From positions 12,713-76,712 of the forward strand of contig CAYTCJ010000005.1 in NCBI GenBank assembly GCA_964436545.1: DNA of 64,000 bases, in the 5' to 3' direction. A model generated the notes under the pieces. It was not told where the DNA came from. It searched no databases and saw nothing but the letters and a program-made list of their open reading frames with translations. This document shows positions 30,326-39,780 of this stretch, piece by piece. The stretch is from an uncultured Candidatus Saccharibacteria bacterium. Its GTDB lineage: Bacteria > Patescibacteriota > Doudnabacteria > UBA920. Numbering within the stretch: the first letter of the stretch is position 1; each line of letters starts with the position of its first letter. The position numbers were made by a program, and so were the translations under genes.

Positions 30326-31570
30326 ATGAACGTTAAACCAAAAGCTATTGCATTTGTAAGCCCCTTCGAAGGAGCCAGAGGGTATTTTTTAGCCGGTTTG
30401 TCGCACTATTATAATTTAACCGTTTATTACTCGGTGAGTAAACGGTTTCGTTTTTTATGGCAAATTTTTCATAAATGGGCATACAGTAACGATGTTCGAT
30501 TTGTGCAATATGCGAGCTTAGAAGCGTTATTAAAAGTTCCGGCTGGCCAAGATGCGATTTTTATTCACCCCAATAGCTTAACGCCTTTTTTTGGGTGGTA
30601 TGAAAATCAAGAAGAAATTACCGAATTTGTTTTAAAAATCAAAGAAAAAACCAAAAAACTTTATTGGATAGATAATGGTGAAAATCAGTATCATTACACG
30701 TCCAAGCCTCAGTTTTGGGATAACATAGATTTGTGTTTTAAAGGGCAAGTATTTAAACCAGAGTATGAACATATTTTTTTCGATCCAAAAAAAGTTGGGT
30801 TATTTCAAGGTAAGGATGTGATGGAAAATCCGAGGATTATTGAAGAAAATATGCGGATGGATTTTAATAAGTATCGGCATAAAATTTTGCCTGTGCCTTA
30901 TGTCCCATGTATAACCAAACCTCAAGATTTGAATTTTTCCTCACATAATAAGGTGTATGATTTGGTGGCAAACACCCGAACCTTTGGTAATGGTACTCTG
31001 CGTTATGGTTTAATAAAACAAGTTCAGAAGCAACTTAAGTCCAAATTTATTTATTCGTTTGATTATGATAATCAAGGATGGGAAACCAATTTGCCCAAAA
31101 ATCAACAGGTTTTTGATTCTTATTTAATTAAGACGGGAAAATTGGGTAAATTTTTGTTTAAATTAAAGTATGGAAAATATTTTTATCCTCAAGAATTATA
31201 TGTGCATAATTTAGCTCGGGCTAAGTGTTTTTTGGCCTTATCTTGGGTGTTATTGTCTTTCCGTACCGCCGACTGTTTTGGGGCGGGAGTGGTAATGATT
31301 AATTTTAGTCATAAAAAATTTGAATATGGAATTCCTATGGAAGACGGGGTAAACTACATCTCTCTGGGGGAGAGAGATGAAATGACCGATGATAATGAAC
31401 AAATTAAGCCGGAGTTTATTCCCGGGATTATAGATAAAATTGAACAGATCTTATCTGATACCCAAAAGCAAGCGGAAATAATAAAAAATGGCAAGGAAAT
31501 TTTTAATCAGTATTACTCTTCCCCAAAACAGTTTGTTGGAAAAGTATTTATGAGTAAAATCGGCTTATGA
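30326..31570 (+). CDS. Hypothetical protein, probable divergent GT-B glycosyltransferase
   Basis: C-terminal FR..D...G...DGVNYI...IIKNG pattern resembles GT-B tails; cluster context. Confidence 0.5.
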   Translation: MNVKPKAIAFVSPFEGARGYFLAGLSHYYNLTVYYSVSKRFRFLWQIFHKWAYSNDVRFVQYASLEALLKVPAGQDAIFIHPNSLTPFFGWYENQEEITEFVLKIKEKTKKLYWIDNGENQYHYTSKPQFWDNIDLCFKGQVFKPEYEHIFFDPKKVGLFQGKDVMENPRIIEENMRMDFNKYRHKILPVPYVPCITKPQDLNFSSHNKVYDLVANTRTFGNGTLRYGLIKQVQKQLKSKFIYSFDYDNQGWETNLPKNQQVFDSYLIKTGKLGKFLFKLKYGKYFYPQELYVHNLARAKCFLALSWVLLSFRTADCFGAGVVMINFSHKKFEYGIPMEDGVNYISLGERDEMTDDNEQIKPEFIPGIIDKIEQILSDTQKQAEIIKNGKEIFNQYYSSPKQFVGKVFMSKIGL

Positions 31571-32442
31571 AAATATTAGTTACGGGTGCCAGTGGCTTTT
31601 TGGGTAGAAATTTAGCGGAATCTTTATCCGCTAACTTTGATTTACTTATGCCGACTCATAAAGATTTGGACTTGCTGGATGCTCAAGCGGTAAAAAAGTT
31701 TTTAAATAAATATTTGCCGGAAGTAGTCATTCATACCGCAGGCGTGGGTTTAACTCGTGAGCAAAATAACACCTCAGAGGTAACAGAAAAAAATTTAAAA
31801 ATGTTTTATAATTTGACTGATTGCCAGGGTTTGTTTAAAAAAATGATTTTCACCGGATCGGGTGCCATTTATGATAAGTCACATTCTTTAGTTAAGGTTC
31901 CGGAAGAAGCTTTTGGTCAGAGTTTGCCTAAGGATCCTTACGGAGCATATAAATACGAGTGTTCCGAATATATTTTAGAGAGGAAAGATATTCTTGATTT
32001 AAGACTTTTTGGGGTATTTGGCAAATACGAAGATTACAAAACTCGTTTCATTTCCAATGCGATTTGTAAATCCATTCTGAATTTACCGGTCAAGATTTAT
32101 AAAAATGTGAATTTTGAATATTTATTTGTGGAAGATTTTGTGAAAATTGTGGAATGGTTCGTGCTTCATGAAGCCCATTACAATAATTACAATGTGGGTA
32201 ATGGTCAGCCAGTTAGTCTGTTACAGATTGCAGAAAAAATTCAAGCTTTATTTAATCCGGATTTGGAAATTAAAGTGCTTTCAGCTGATGGGGGTAATGA
32301 GTATTCTTGCGATCCTTCCCGACTGAAAAACGAGTTAAAAAATTTTAAATTTACCAGCATAGACGAAAGTTTAAAACAGCTTTATAATTGGTATAGTCAA
32401 AATTTATCACTTATAGATAAGGCAACATTAACCCAACAATGA
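31567..32442 (+). CDS. NAD-dependent NDP-sugar epimerase/reductase
   Basis: TGASGFLG, GSGAIY, YGAYK, RLFGVFG. Confidence 0.85.
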   Translation: MKILVTGASGFLGRNLAESLSANFDLLMPTHKDLDLLDAQAVKKFLNKYLPEVVIHTAGVGLTREQNNTSEVTEKNLKMFYNLTDCQGLFKKMIFTGSGAIYDKSHSLVKVPEEAFGQSLPKDPYGAYKYECSEYILERKDILDLRLFGVFGKYEDYKTRFISNAICKSILNLPVKIYKNVNFEYLFVEDFVKIVEWFVLHEAHYNNYNVGNGQPVSLLQIAEKIQALFNPDLEIKVLSADGGNEYSCDPSRLKNELKNFKFTSIDESLKQLYNWYSQNLSLIDKATLTQQ

Positions 32443-33248
32443 AAATAACGGAATTGGAAAAAATAGCCAAACAAGCCAGAGGCTTGTTACTTAAAACCGC
32501 GTTTTCGGCAAAATCCGGACATATTGGCAGTGCACTTTCCACTGTGGATGTAATTACCGCTTTGTATTTTGAGTGGTTAAAAATTAACCCCCAAAAGCCT
32601 TTGGCCAAGACCCGTGATTATTTTATTTTAAGCAAAGGTCATGGTTGTTTAGGGCTTTATTCGGTATTGGCTTTAAGAGGTTTTTTTTCGCAGAATCATT
32701 TGGAAACTTATTTTCAAGATAATACGGTATTAACCGGCCATCCGGTTTTAGGTTCCTTGCCAGGCATCGAAGCTTCTACCGGTTCGTTAGGACATGGTTT
32801 TCCAACTGCAGTCGGTTTGGCTTACGGCTTGAAAAACCAAAATCTGCCCAATCGAGTAGTGGTCATGATTAGTGATGGAGAGTGCGACGAAGGCTCCACT
32901 TGGGAAGCCGTGTTGTCTGCGCCGAATTTTAAACTTAATAATTTAACTGTGATTGTGGATAATAATAAAATTCAAAGTTTTGGCACTGTGAAAGAAGTGA
33001 TGAATTTAGAACCTTTTGCGCAGAAGTGGCAGGCATTTGGTTGGCGAGTGTTAGAAATTAATGGGCATAATTTTAAGGAAATTTTGACAGCTTTTAAAAA
33101 AGCAGAAAATAATAAAATAGGACCCAGCGTGATAATCGCTCATACTGTTAAAGGTAAAGGTGTGGATTTTATGGAAAATCGAGTCGATTGGCACTATTTT
33201 AATATGAATGAGGAGCAATATCAACTAGCTATAAAACAATGCGAATAA
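32439..33248 (+). CDS. Transketolase, N-terminal (TPP-binding) subunit
   Basis: GHIGSALS, LSKGH, STGSLGHG, SDGECDEG...N, HTVKGKG. Confidence 0.92.
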   Translation: MKITELEKIAKQARGLLLKTAFSAKSGHIGSALSTVDVITALYFEWLKINPQKPLAKTRDYFILSKGHGCLGLYSVLALRGFFSQNHLETYFQDNTVLTGHPVLGSLPGIEASTGSLGHGFPTAVGLAYGLKNQNLPNRVVVMISDGECDEGSTWEAVLSAPNFKLNNLTVIVDNNKIQSFGTVKEVMNLEPFAQKWQAFGWRVLEINGHNFKEILTAFKKAENNKIGPSVIIAHTVKGKGVDFMENRVDWHYFNMNEEQYQLAIKQCE

Positions 33249-34168
33249 CTTTTGTTAAAACTTTACTCAAGCTAGCCAAAAAAGATCCTGACATTTTTTT
33301 AATTACCGGAGATTTGGGGTTTATGGCTTTGGAAGAGTTCCGCGACCAATTGCCTAAGCAGTATTTGAATGTGGGTGTAGCTGAGCAAAACATGCTAGCT
33401 ATGGCAGCCGGTTTAGCCTTGTCCGGCAAAAAAGTTTATGCCTATTCCATAATTCCTTTTGCGACCATGCGTCCGTTTGAATTTGTCAGAAATGATATTT
33501 GCTATCAAAATTTAAATGTAAAAATTATTGGCATCGGTGCCGGATTTTCTTATTCACTTTATGGTTCCACCCATCATGGGATAGAAGATATTTCCATTAT
33601 GCGTAGTCTGCCCAATATGACCGTAGTCTGTCCGGGGGATCCTTTGGAAGTGGAAAAAACTACTTTAGCTTCAGTTAAGCATGTGGGGCCAATGTATATT
33701 CGGCTGGGAAAAGCCGGCGAGCCGGTGTTGCATCAAAATTTAAATAATTTTCAAATTGGCCAGGCAGTGGAAATGGGTAAGGGCAAAGATGTGTGTATTA
33801 TAGCCACAAGTAATATTTTAGGGGAAGCGGTTGAAGCATCTAAGCTTTTAAAAGCAAACAAAATTCAGGCATCAGTCTTAAGTATGCACACCATAAAACC
33901 TATAGATACACAGGCCATAATTAAGTCGGCTAAAAAAGCAAAATTGATTGTAACTTTAGAGGAACATAATGTGATTGGGGGCCTCGGCAGTGCTGTGGCT
34001 GAAGTGTTAGCCGATAATCAACTACAGGTAAAGTTTATCCGCTTAGGTATCCCAGACGAATACCCACATAGGATTGGGAGTCAAAAATTTTTTAGAGAAA
34101 AATATAATTTATCCGCCGGTAAGGTTACGGAAATAATACTTAATGCTTCCAAAAAAGGATTTAAATAG
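33239..34168 (+). CDS. Transketolase, C-terminal subunit
   Basis: GDLG, GVAEQN, THH..ED, YIRL, EEH...GGLG. Confidence 0.92.
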   Translation: MRITFVKTLLKLAKKDPDIFLITGDLGFMALEEFRDQLPKQYLNVGVAEQNMLAMAAGLALSGKKVYAYSIIPFATMRPFEFVRNDICYQNLNVKIIGIGAGFSYSLYGSTHHGIEDISIMRSLPNMTVVCPGDPLEVEKTTLASVKHVGPMYIRLGKAGEPVLHQNLNNFQIGQAVEMGKGKDVCIIATSNILGEAVEASKLLKANKIQASVLSMHTIKPIDTQAIIKSAKKAKLIVTLEEHNVIGGLGSAVAEVLADNQLQVKFIRLGIPDEYPHRIGSQKFFREKYNLSAGKVTEIILNASKKGFK

Positions 34169-34607
34169 TTTAAAAAACATTATTAGTAAAATTAAAAATC
34201 CTGAAAGAGGTATTGAGCAGGAAGTTTTTGATATTTTATGTAAAATTATCACTCACTTGGCTTGTGAGCTAATTGTAATTAATCGACGCAAAGAAATACT
34301 GTTAACTTTTCGTCAAGATAAAATTTGGCAGGGTTGGCATTTTCCCGGAGGTCTTTTAAGATATAGAGAAGCTTTTAAAAGTAGGTTAGAGCAGGTAGCT
34401 AAGCTTGAACTGCAGACCAAATTGAAAACTGCAAAATTTTTGTTTCCCATTAATTACGTAAAAAGCCAAAGAGGTCACGATGTCTCTTTGGTGTTTTTAT
34501 GTGAGTTAAAAGGGGAACCTAAAACCGGTCAATGGTTTAAACAGATGCCCAAAAACATTATTCCGGAACATCGAGCGCTTTGGAAAAAAGTTAAATATAT
34601 GGTCTAA
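34143..34607 (+). CDS. Nudix hydrolase (Gmm/WcaH-like)
   Basis: WHFPGG followed by a degenerate Nudix box; glycan-cluster context. Confidence 0.65.
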   Translation: MLPKKDLNSLKNIISKIKNPERGIEQEVFDILCKIITHLACELIVINRRKEILLTFRQDKIWQGWHFPGGLLRYREAFKSRLEQVAKLELQTKLKTAKFLFPINYVKSQRGHDVSLVFLCELKGEPKTGQWFKQMPKNIIPEHRALWKKVKYMV

Positions 34608-34675
34608 TATTAAGTAGACAATTTGTAATTTATCCATTATGATTTATTAATAATCAAGCTAAAAAATCCACACAT

Positions 34676-35929
34676 ATGAACATTTTATTAAACCCAGATT
34701 GGAAATTTAAACCAGGCGAAGATTGGATTTATTACACTAAGGCAGTTTATGGGCAAGAGGAGATTGATGCCGTAGTCAAGTGTTTAAAAGAAGATTGGCT
34801 TGGAAATGGTAAATATACAGATGAATTTGAAGAAAAAATGTCCGCTGAGTTTGGGAAAAAGTATGGGTTGTTTGTAAACTCGGGTTCTTCGGCAAATTTA
34901 TTGGCTTTAGAAATTTGTGATTTTAAACCGGGGAGTGAAATTATTACTCCGGCTTGTACTTTTGGTACCACCATGGGTCCCATTATTATGAAAGGCTTGG
35001 TCCCAGTGGTGGTAGATTCACAGGTAGGAACTTACAACATTGACATCGACTTAATTGAGAAGGCCATTACATCTAAAACCGTGGCGATTATGGTGCCTCA
35101 TGCGGTGGGGAGTTTAAACGATATGCCACGTTTAAGAGAAATTTGTAATAAACACAAATTAAAATTAATTGAAGACAGTTGCGATACTCATGGCTCCAGA
35201 CTGGATGGAAAACCAACGGGAATTTGGTCTGATATTACGACAACGAGTTTTTATGCGTCTCATAACATGACAGCAGGTGGTGGTGGAGGAATGGTAATGG
35301 TAGATGATCCGGAATTAAAACGCCGGGCCAAGATGTTTCGGGATTGGGGGAGAGCTTTGCCAGAAAGGTATGAGCACTATGAAGGAGCGTTTGAAGAGCG
35401 TTATAATTTTAAATTGGACAATATAGATTACGATGGTAAGTTTGTGTTCATGGAACTGGGTTACAATATGAAAGCGGTAGAAATGCAAGCGGCATTTGCT
35501 CTGGTTCAGCTGGGGAGGCTAAAGGAGTTTAATAAAATTCGTATGGCTAATTTTAATAAGATTTACGAATTTTTTAAAAGATACGAAAAATATTTTATTT
35601 TACCCGAAAGTCTGCCCAAGGCGGAAATTTATTGGTTGTCTTTTCCGGTTACACTGCGGGAAGAAGCCGGCATAGAAAGAAAAGCGATGCTTAAATTTTT
35701 TGAGACCAATAAAATTCAGACTCGGCTCTTATTTGCCGGAAATTTATTAAGACACCCGGCTTACAAAACCCTACAAGAGAAAGTGCGGGTAGTGGGGGAC
35801 TTAAAGAATGCCGATTATATAATGAAAAATACTTTTTTAATTGCTTGTCACCATGGTTTGAATGACGAGATGATTAATTATTTAACCGGCAAAATTGAAG
35901 AGTTCTTAAAAGTTAAAAATTTAATTTAG
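34676..35929 (+). CDS. DegT/DnrJ-fold PLP/PMP enzyme, RfbH(DdhC)/ColD-like NDP-4-keto-6-deoxysugar 3-dehydrase
   Basis: NSGSSANL, EDSCD, SFYASHN (His at the aminotransferase Lys position), RDWGR, GYN, TRLLFAGN. Confidence 0.8.
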   Translation: MNILLNPDWKFKPGEDWIYYTKAVYGQEEIDAVVKCLKEDWLGNGKYTDEFEEKMSAEFGKKYGLFVNSGSSANLLALEICDFKPGSEIITPACTFGTTMGPIIMKGLVPVVVDSQVGTYNIDIDLIEKAITSKTVAIMVPHAVGSLNDMPRLREICNKHKLKLIEDSCDTHGSRLDGKPTGIWSDITTTSFYASHNMTAGGGGGMVMVDDPELKRRAKMFRDWGRALPERYEHYEGAFEERYNFKLDNIDYDGKFVFMELGYNMKAVEMQAAFALVQLGRLKEFNKIRMANFNKIYEFFKRYEKYFILPESLPKAEIYWLSFPVTLREEAGIERKAMLKFFETNKIQTRLLFAGNLLRHPAYKTLQEKVRVVGDLKNADYIMKNTFLIACHHGLNDEMINYLTGKIEEFLKVKNLI

Positions 35930-35933
35930 CTTC

Positions 35934-36779
35934 ATGACATCCAATATATCTTTTATTCTGTTTACTTATAACGATGCTTATCGTTTAGAATATATTATTC
36001 GTAATTTAAAACCTTTTGGGGAAGTAATTATTTCCGACCAAGAAAGCACGGACAATAGTAAAGCCATTGCAGAAAAATTGGGAGCTAAATTCACTACGCG
36101 GAAAGCCACCGGTCAACCGTTTATTGAAAGACAAGAACTGTTAGATACAGTAACCGCCCTAGCCTCTCACGATTGGATTTATTGGGGTTACGTGGATAAT
36201 TTTTTACCCAAATCGCTGTGTGAAAAATTAGTAGAAATTTCTTTGCAAGACAAAATAAAATATGTTTATCTTCCCGTGCATACTTATTTGTGGGGCGATA
36301 TCGAGCATGTAATTGCTAAGGCGGAGTATCCTTGTTTTTTTAAAAAAGGCATGGTGGATTTTACCAATAATCGGATTCACGGCATGGGTAAATTTTTAGG
36401 CACAGAAGCGGAAAAGTTACATTTGCCCCAAACTGAGGCTATGGCCATGAAGCACTTTAGTTTGTACGATTTAAATAAATTTATCCCGGCGCATTTGAAA
36501 TATGCCAATGCGGAAGCCGAACAAAAATTTCAAGAGGGTAAAAGGGTGTCTTTAGTTTATTTGTTGGGGAGTATGGGTAGATATTTTTATTTATTTTACT
36601 TAAAGGGTGGCCTTCGGGCGGGGATGCGCGGACTTATGATTGGTTTTTTGTATTCCGCTTTTCGAGTAATGCTCTCCATGAGACTGTATGAACTGGAACA
36701 CGGTTTGAATTTGGAAACCATTGAAGCGGAGTATGTAAAAGCTAAGCAAAAAATTGTTGCAGACATAGAAAAACCATAG
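35934..36779 (+). CDS. GT2 family glycosyltransferase
   Basis: FTYND, DQESTDNS, YVD; C-terminal G.RG helix. Confidence 0.8.
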   Translation: MTSNISFILFTYNDAYRLEYIIRNLKPFGEVIISDQESTDNSKAIAEKLGAKFTTRKATGQPFIERQELLDTVTALASHDWIYWGYVDNFLPKSLCEKLVEISLQDKIKYVYLPVHTYLWGDIEHVIAKAEYPCFFKKGMVDFTNNRIHGMGKFLGTEAEKLHLPQTEAMAMKHFSLYDLNKFIPAHLKYANAEAEQKFQEGKRVSLVYLLGSMGRYFYLFYLKGGLRAGMRGLMIGFLYSAFRVMLSMRLYELEHGLNLETIEAEYVKAKQKIVADIEKP

Positions 36780-36783
36780 TTAT

Positions 36784-38010
36784 ATGAGTTTTCATGAAAA
36801 ATTAAAACAAGACAGTAAACTGTATTGGCACATACGAGAATGGTATGTGGTTTTTATTTTGTTTTGGAAAAAGTTTTTTGATCGTCCTCAGAAACAAAAA
36901 AAGCGGATTTTATTTTACTATGTCTACGCCTTAGCTTACGGCGGAACTTCCTCTTTAATGCAGATTTTGGCTAAATATTTGAATAAAGATGAATATGAAG
37001 TGTTTGTGATGTATTCAAGTAAGGTGGAGTCTACAGTGGGTCAAAGTATTCCCGGAAACAGTAGGTTACAATATGTTTTAGAGAGTGGGGTATTTCCCAT
37101 ACCTTTTGATTATGCCTATATAGATAAACGTTTGCCATATTTTATTCACAATACTTCGCCGAGGGTAGAAGAGGTTATTAAGGCGTTTCAGATTGATTTA
37201 TTAGTGGTAACCGGAGCTGGTCATGCTGAGTATCCGTTTAGTCAAATAAAAAATATTCCCATTATACTTTTAAATATTTTTGGTCAAGCCAATGTACAGA
37301 GCAATATTAAGTATCACTTATGTATCTCGGAAGAGGTGGCCAATAAATTGGAGCCTATTGTACCTAAGGAAAAAGTCAAGGTAATTTATGTCCCCAGTGA
37401 AGGCCCTATGAATATGGCTCTGCGAGGACAACAAATTAGAGAGCGTTTTGGCATTAAACCAGAGGATTTGGTATTTGGGAGAATTGGACGTGGGTCAGAT
37501 TGGATTTTTGACCCAATTGGAATTTTGGCTTTTGAAAAAATAGTAAAAAAATATCCCCATACGCATTATTTAATCGTTTGTCCGCCACCAGCTCTGGTAA
37601 AATTACAAACAGAAAAAAATATTCCCAATGTGCATTTTATGGAAGAATTAGGGAAGAAAGAAGAATTATGGGCTTTTTACTACGCTTTGGATGTCTATGC
37701 GCATTTTCGGCACGATGGAGAATCGTTCGGCTTAAATATTGTAGAGGCAATGTTTAAAGGTATGCCAATTATTTCTCATAAATCTAAAATTTGGAATGCG
37801 CATTTGGAATATTTAGATCCTAGTTTTGCTTTTGTGGCAGATATTGATAACGTCAGTCAATACGAACAATTTATGGAGTTTTTTGCTAAAGACACTCAGC
37901 GAGTTCATATTCAAGCAATGAGTGAAAAAGCCAAAGCAAAAGCACAAAAATTTCATATTCATAATCATATTGGAGCTTTTGAAAGCTATATTGAGGAGGC
38001 ACTGAAATGA
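36784..38010 (+). CDS. GT4-like glycosyltransferase
   Basis: YGGT, GRIGR, ESFGLNIVEAM. Confidence 0.8.
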   Translation: MSFHEKLKQDSKLYWHIREWYVVFILFWKKFFDRPQKQKKRILFYYVYALAYGGTSSLMQILAKYLNKDEYEVFVMYSSKVESTVGQSIPGNSRLQYVLESGVFPIPFDYAYIDKRLPYFIHNTSPRVEEVIKAFQIDLLVVTGAGHAEYPFSQIKNIPIILLNIFGQANVQSNIKYHLCISEEVANKLEPIVPKEKVKVIYVPSEGPMNMALRGQQIRERFGIKPEDLVFGRIGRGSDWIFDPIGILAFEKIVKKYPHTHYLIVCPPPALVKLQTEKNIPNVHFMEELGKKEELWAFYYALDVYAHFRHDGESFGLNIVEAMFKGMPIISHKSKIWNAHLEYLDPSFAFVADIDNVSQYEQFMEFFAKDTQRVHIQAMSEKAKAKAQKFHIHNHIGAFESYIEEALK

Positions 38011-38834
38011 AAATTGGGATTATCGGGTTAGGTTTTGTGGGGGGAGCTATGCGGAAATTTTTTTTAAATAAAAAAGTCAACGCATTAGTCTTTGATAAAT
38101 ATAAAAATATTGGTTCGGTAACTGAAGTAAACGAAGCGGATGTGGTTTTTATTTGCGTGCCAACTCCGTATCGCACCCAGCATGGGTTTGATATATCGGC
38201 GGTAGTGGATGCCATTAGTATCTTAGTTAAGCCAAAAATTATTGTAATCAAATCCTCAATTATTCCCGGTACTACGGAGAAATTACAGAAACAATTTTCT
38301 CAGCATAAGTTTTTATTCAACCCGGAGTTTTTAACTGAAAAAAAAGCTTATTATGATTTAACTCATCCCGATAGGCAAATTTTGGGCTGGACTCAAAAGA
38401 GTAAATCAGTAGCTAAAAAAGTTTTAAATATTTTGCCAAAGTCCCATCAGAGTTTAATTATACCCAGTCAAGAAGCGGAAATGATAAAGTATATGGCCAA
38501 TACCTTTTTGGCATTAAAGGTGGTGTATGCTAACCAGTTTGCGGATTTGTGTAAAAAATTAAAGATCAATTACTCCGTAGTGGCAAACGGAGTGGGTTTA
38601 GATAAGCGAATTGGATTATCTCACCTGAATGTTTTAGACGGCGGTTATAAAGGTTATGGGGGAAGTTGTTTTCCCAAAGATGTTAATGCCATTATTGAAT
38701 TAGCGCAAGCCAAAAAATTACCTTTCGATTTATTGGTGACCATGCGTACAATTAACCAAAAATATTTACAGCAAAGTGGTTTGACCGAAGAGTATTTTTT
38801 AAACAATTTACACAAAAGTAATGAGAAAAAGTAA
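38007..38834 (+). CDS. UDP-glucose/GDP-mannose dehydrogenase family, short form lacking the C-terminal domain
   Basis: GLGFVG, CVPTP, KSS..PG, NPEFL, EMIKY..N, GYGGSCFPKD; 275 aa. Confidence 0.85.
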   Translation: MKIGIIGLGFVGGAMRKFFLNKKVNALVFDKYKNIGSVTEVNEADVVFICVPTPYRTQHGFDISAVVDAISILVKPKIIVIKSSIIPGTTEKLQKQFSQHKFLFNPEFLTEKKAYYDLTHPDRQILGWTQKSKSVAKKVLNILPKSHQSLIIPSQEAEMIKYMANTFLALKVVYANQFADLCKKLKINYSVVANGVGLDKRIGLSHLNVLDGGYKGYGGSCFPKDVNAIIELAQAKKLPFDLLVTMRTINQKYLQQSGLTEEYFLNNLHKSNEKK

Positions 38835-39780
38835 TCAGAAAACAGTTTTAGTGGCTGGGGGAGCGGGGTTTGTGGGGAGTAATTTATGCGAATATTTAAT
38901 TTCGCGGGGTGATTGGGTAATTGCTCTAGATAATTTGAGCACCGGAAATAAAAGTAATATTAAGCATTTATTGGAGCATCCGAGATTTGGGTTTATAAAA
39001 TGTGATGTAACTCACCCCTCCCTTGCCCTCCCCCTCAAGGGGAGGGAACTATATCAGATTTACCATTTGGCCTCTCCGGCCAGTCCACCACATTATCAAA
39101 AAGAACCAATTGCCACTTGGCAGGCAAATACTTTAGGTACTTTAAATTTGTTGGAGTTGGCCAAACAGCATAAGGCGAAGTTTTTATTTGCTTCCACCAG
39201 TGAGGTTTACGGTGATCCTAAAGTGCATCCGCAAACAGAAAGTTATTGGGGAAATGTTAATCCGGTTGGTATAAGAGCGTGTTATGATGAAAGTAAAAGA
39301 GCCGGGGAAAGTTTGGTAATGAGTTATGTAAGGCAATTTAAGCTAGAAGCCAAAGTGGTACGGATTTTTAACACTTATGGTCCTAAAATGGATAGTAATG
39401 ATGGACGAGTAGTGTCTAATTTCATTAATCAAGCTTTAGAGAATCAGCCTATAACCATTTACGGTAAGGGGAAGCAAACCCGCAGTTTTATGTATATAGA
39501 TGATCTGGTGTTAGGGTTAACCAAAATGATGCAAGCCAAATTTTCCGGCCCGATAAATTTAGGTAATCCGGAAGAATTTACGATTCTAGAGTTGGCAAAA
39601 AAAGTTCTTGTATTGACCAAATCATCATCAAAACTGGTTTATAAACCTTTGCCCCAAGACGACCCCAAGCAAAGAAAACCCGAGATTACTTTAGCCAAAA
39701 CCAAATTAATGTGGGCTCCAAAAGTTAAATTAGAGGCAGGTTTAATTAAGACAATCAATTATTTTAAAAATGTTAGATAG
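38821..39780 (+). CDS. uxs: UDP-glucuronate decarboxylase (UDP-xylose synthase)
   Basis: HLASPASP, STSEVYGDP, YWGNVNP, CYDESKR, RIFNTYGP, DGRVVSNF, DDPKQR. Confidence 0.92.
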   Translation: MRKSNQKTVLVAGGAGFVGSNLCEYLISRGDWVIALDNLSTGNKSNIKHLLEHPRFGFIKCDVTHPSLALPLKGRELYQIYHLASPASPPHYQKEPIATWQANTLGTLNLLELAKQHKAKFLFASTSEVYGDPKVHPQTESYWGNVNPVGIRACYDESKRAGESLVMSYVRQFKLEAKVVRIFNTYGPKMDSNDGRVVSNFINQALENQPITIYGKGKQTRSFMYIDDLVLGLTKMMQAKFSGPINLGNPEEFTILELAKKVLVLTKSSSKLVYKPLPQDDPKQRKPEITLAKTKLMWAPKVKLEAGLIKTINYFKNVR

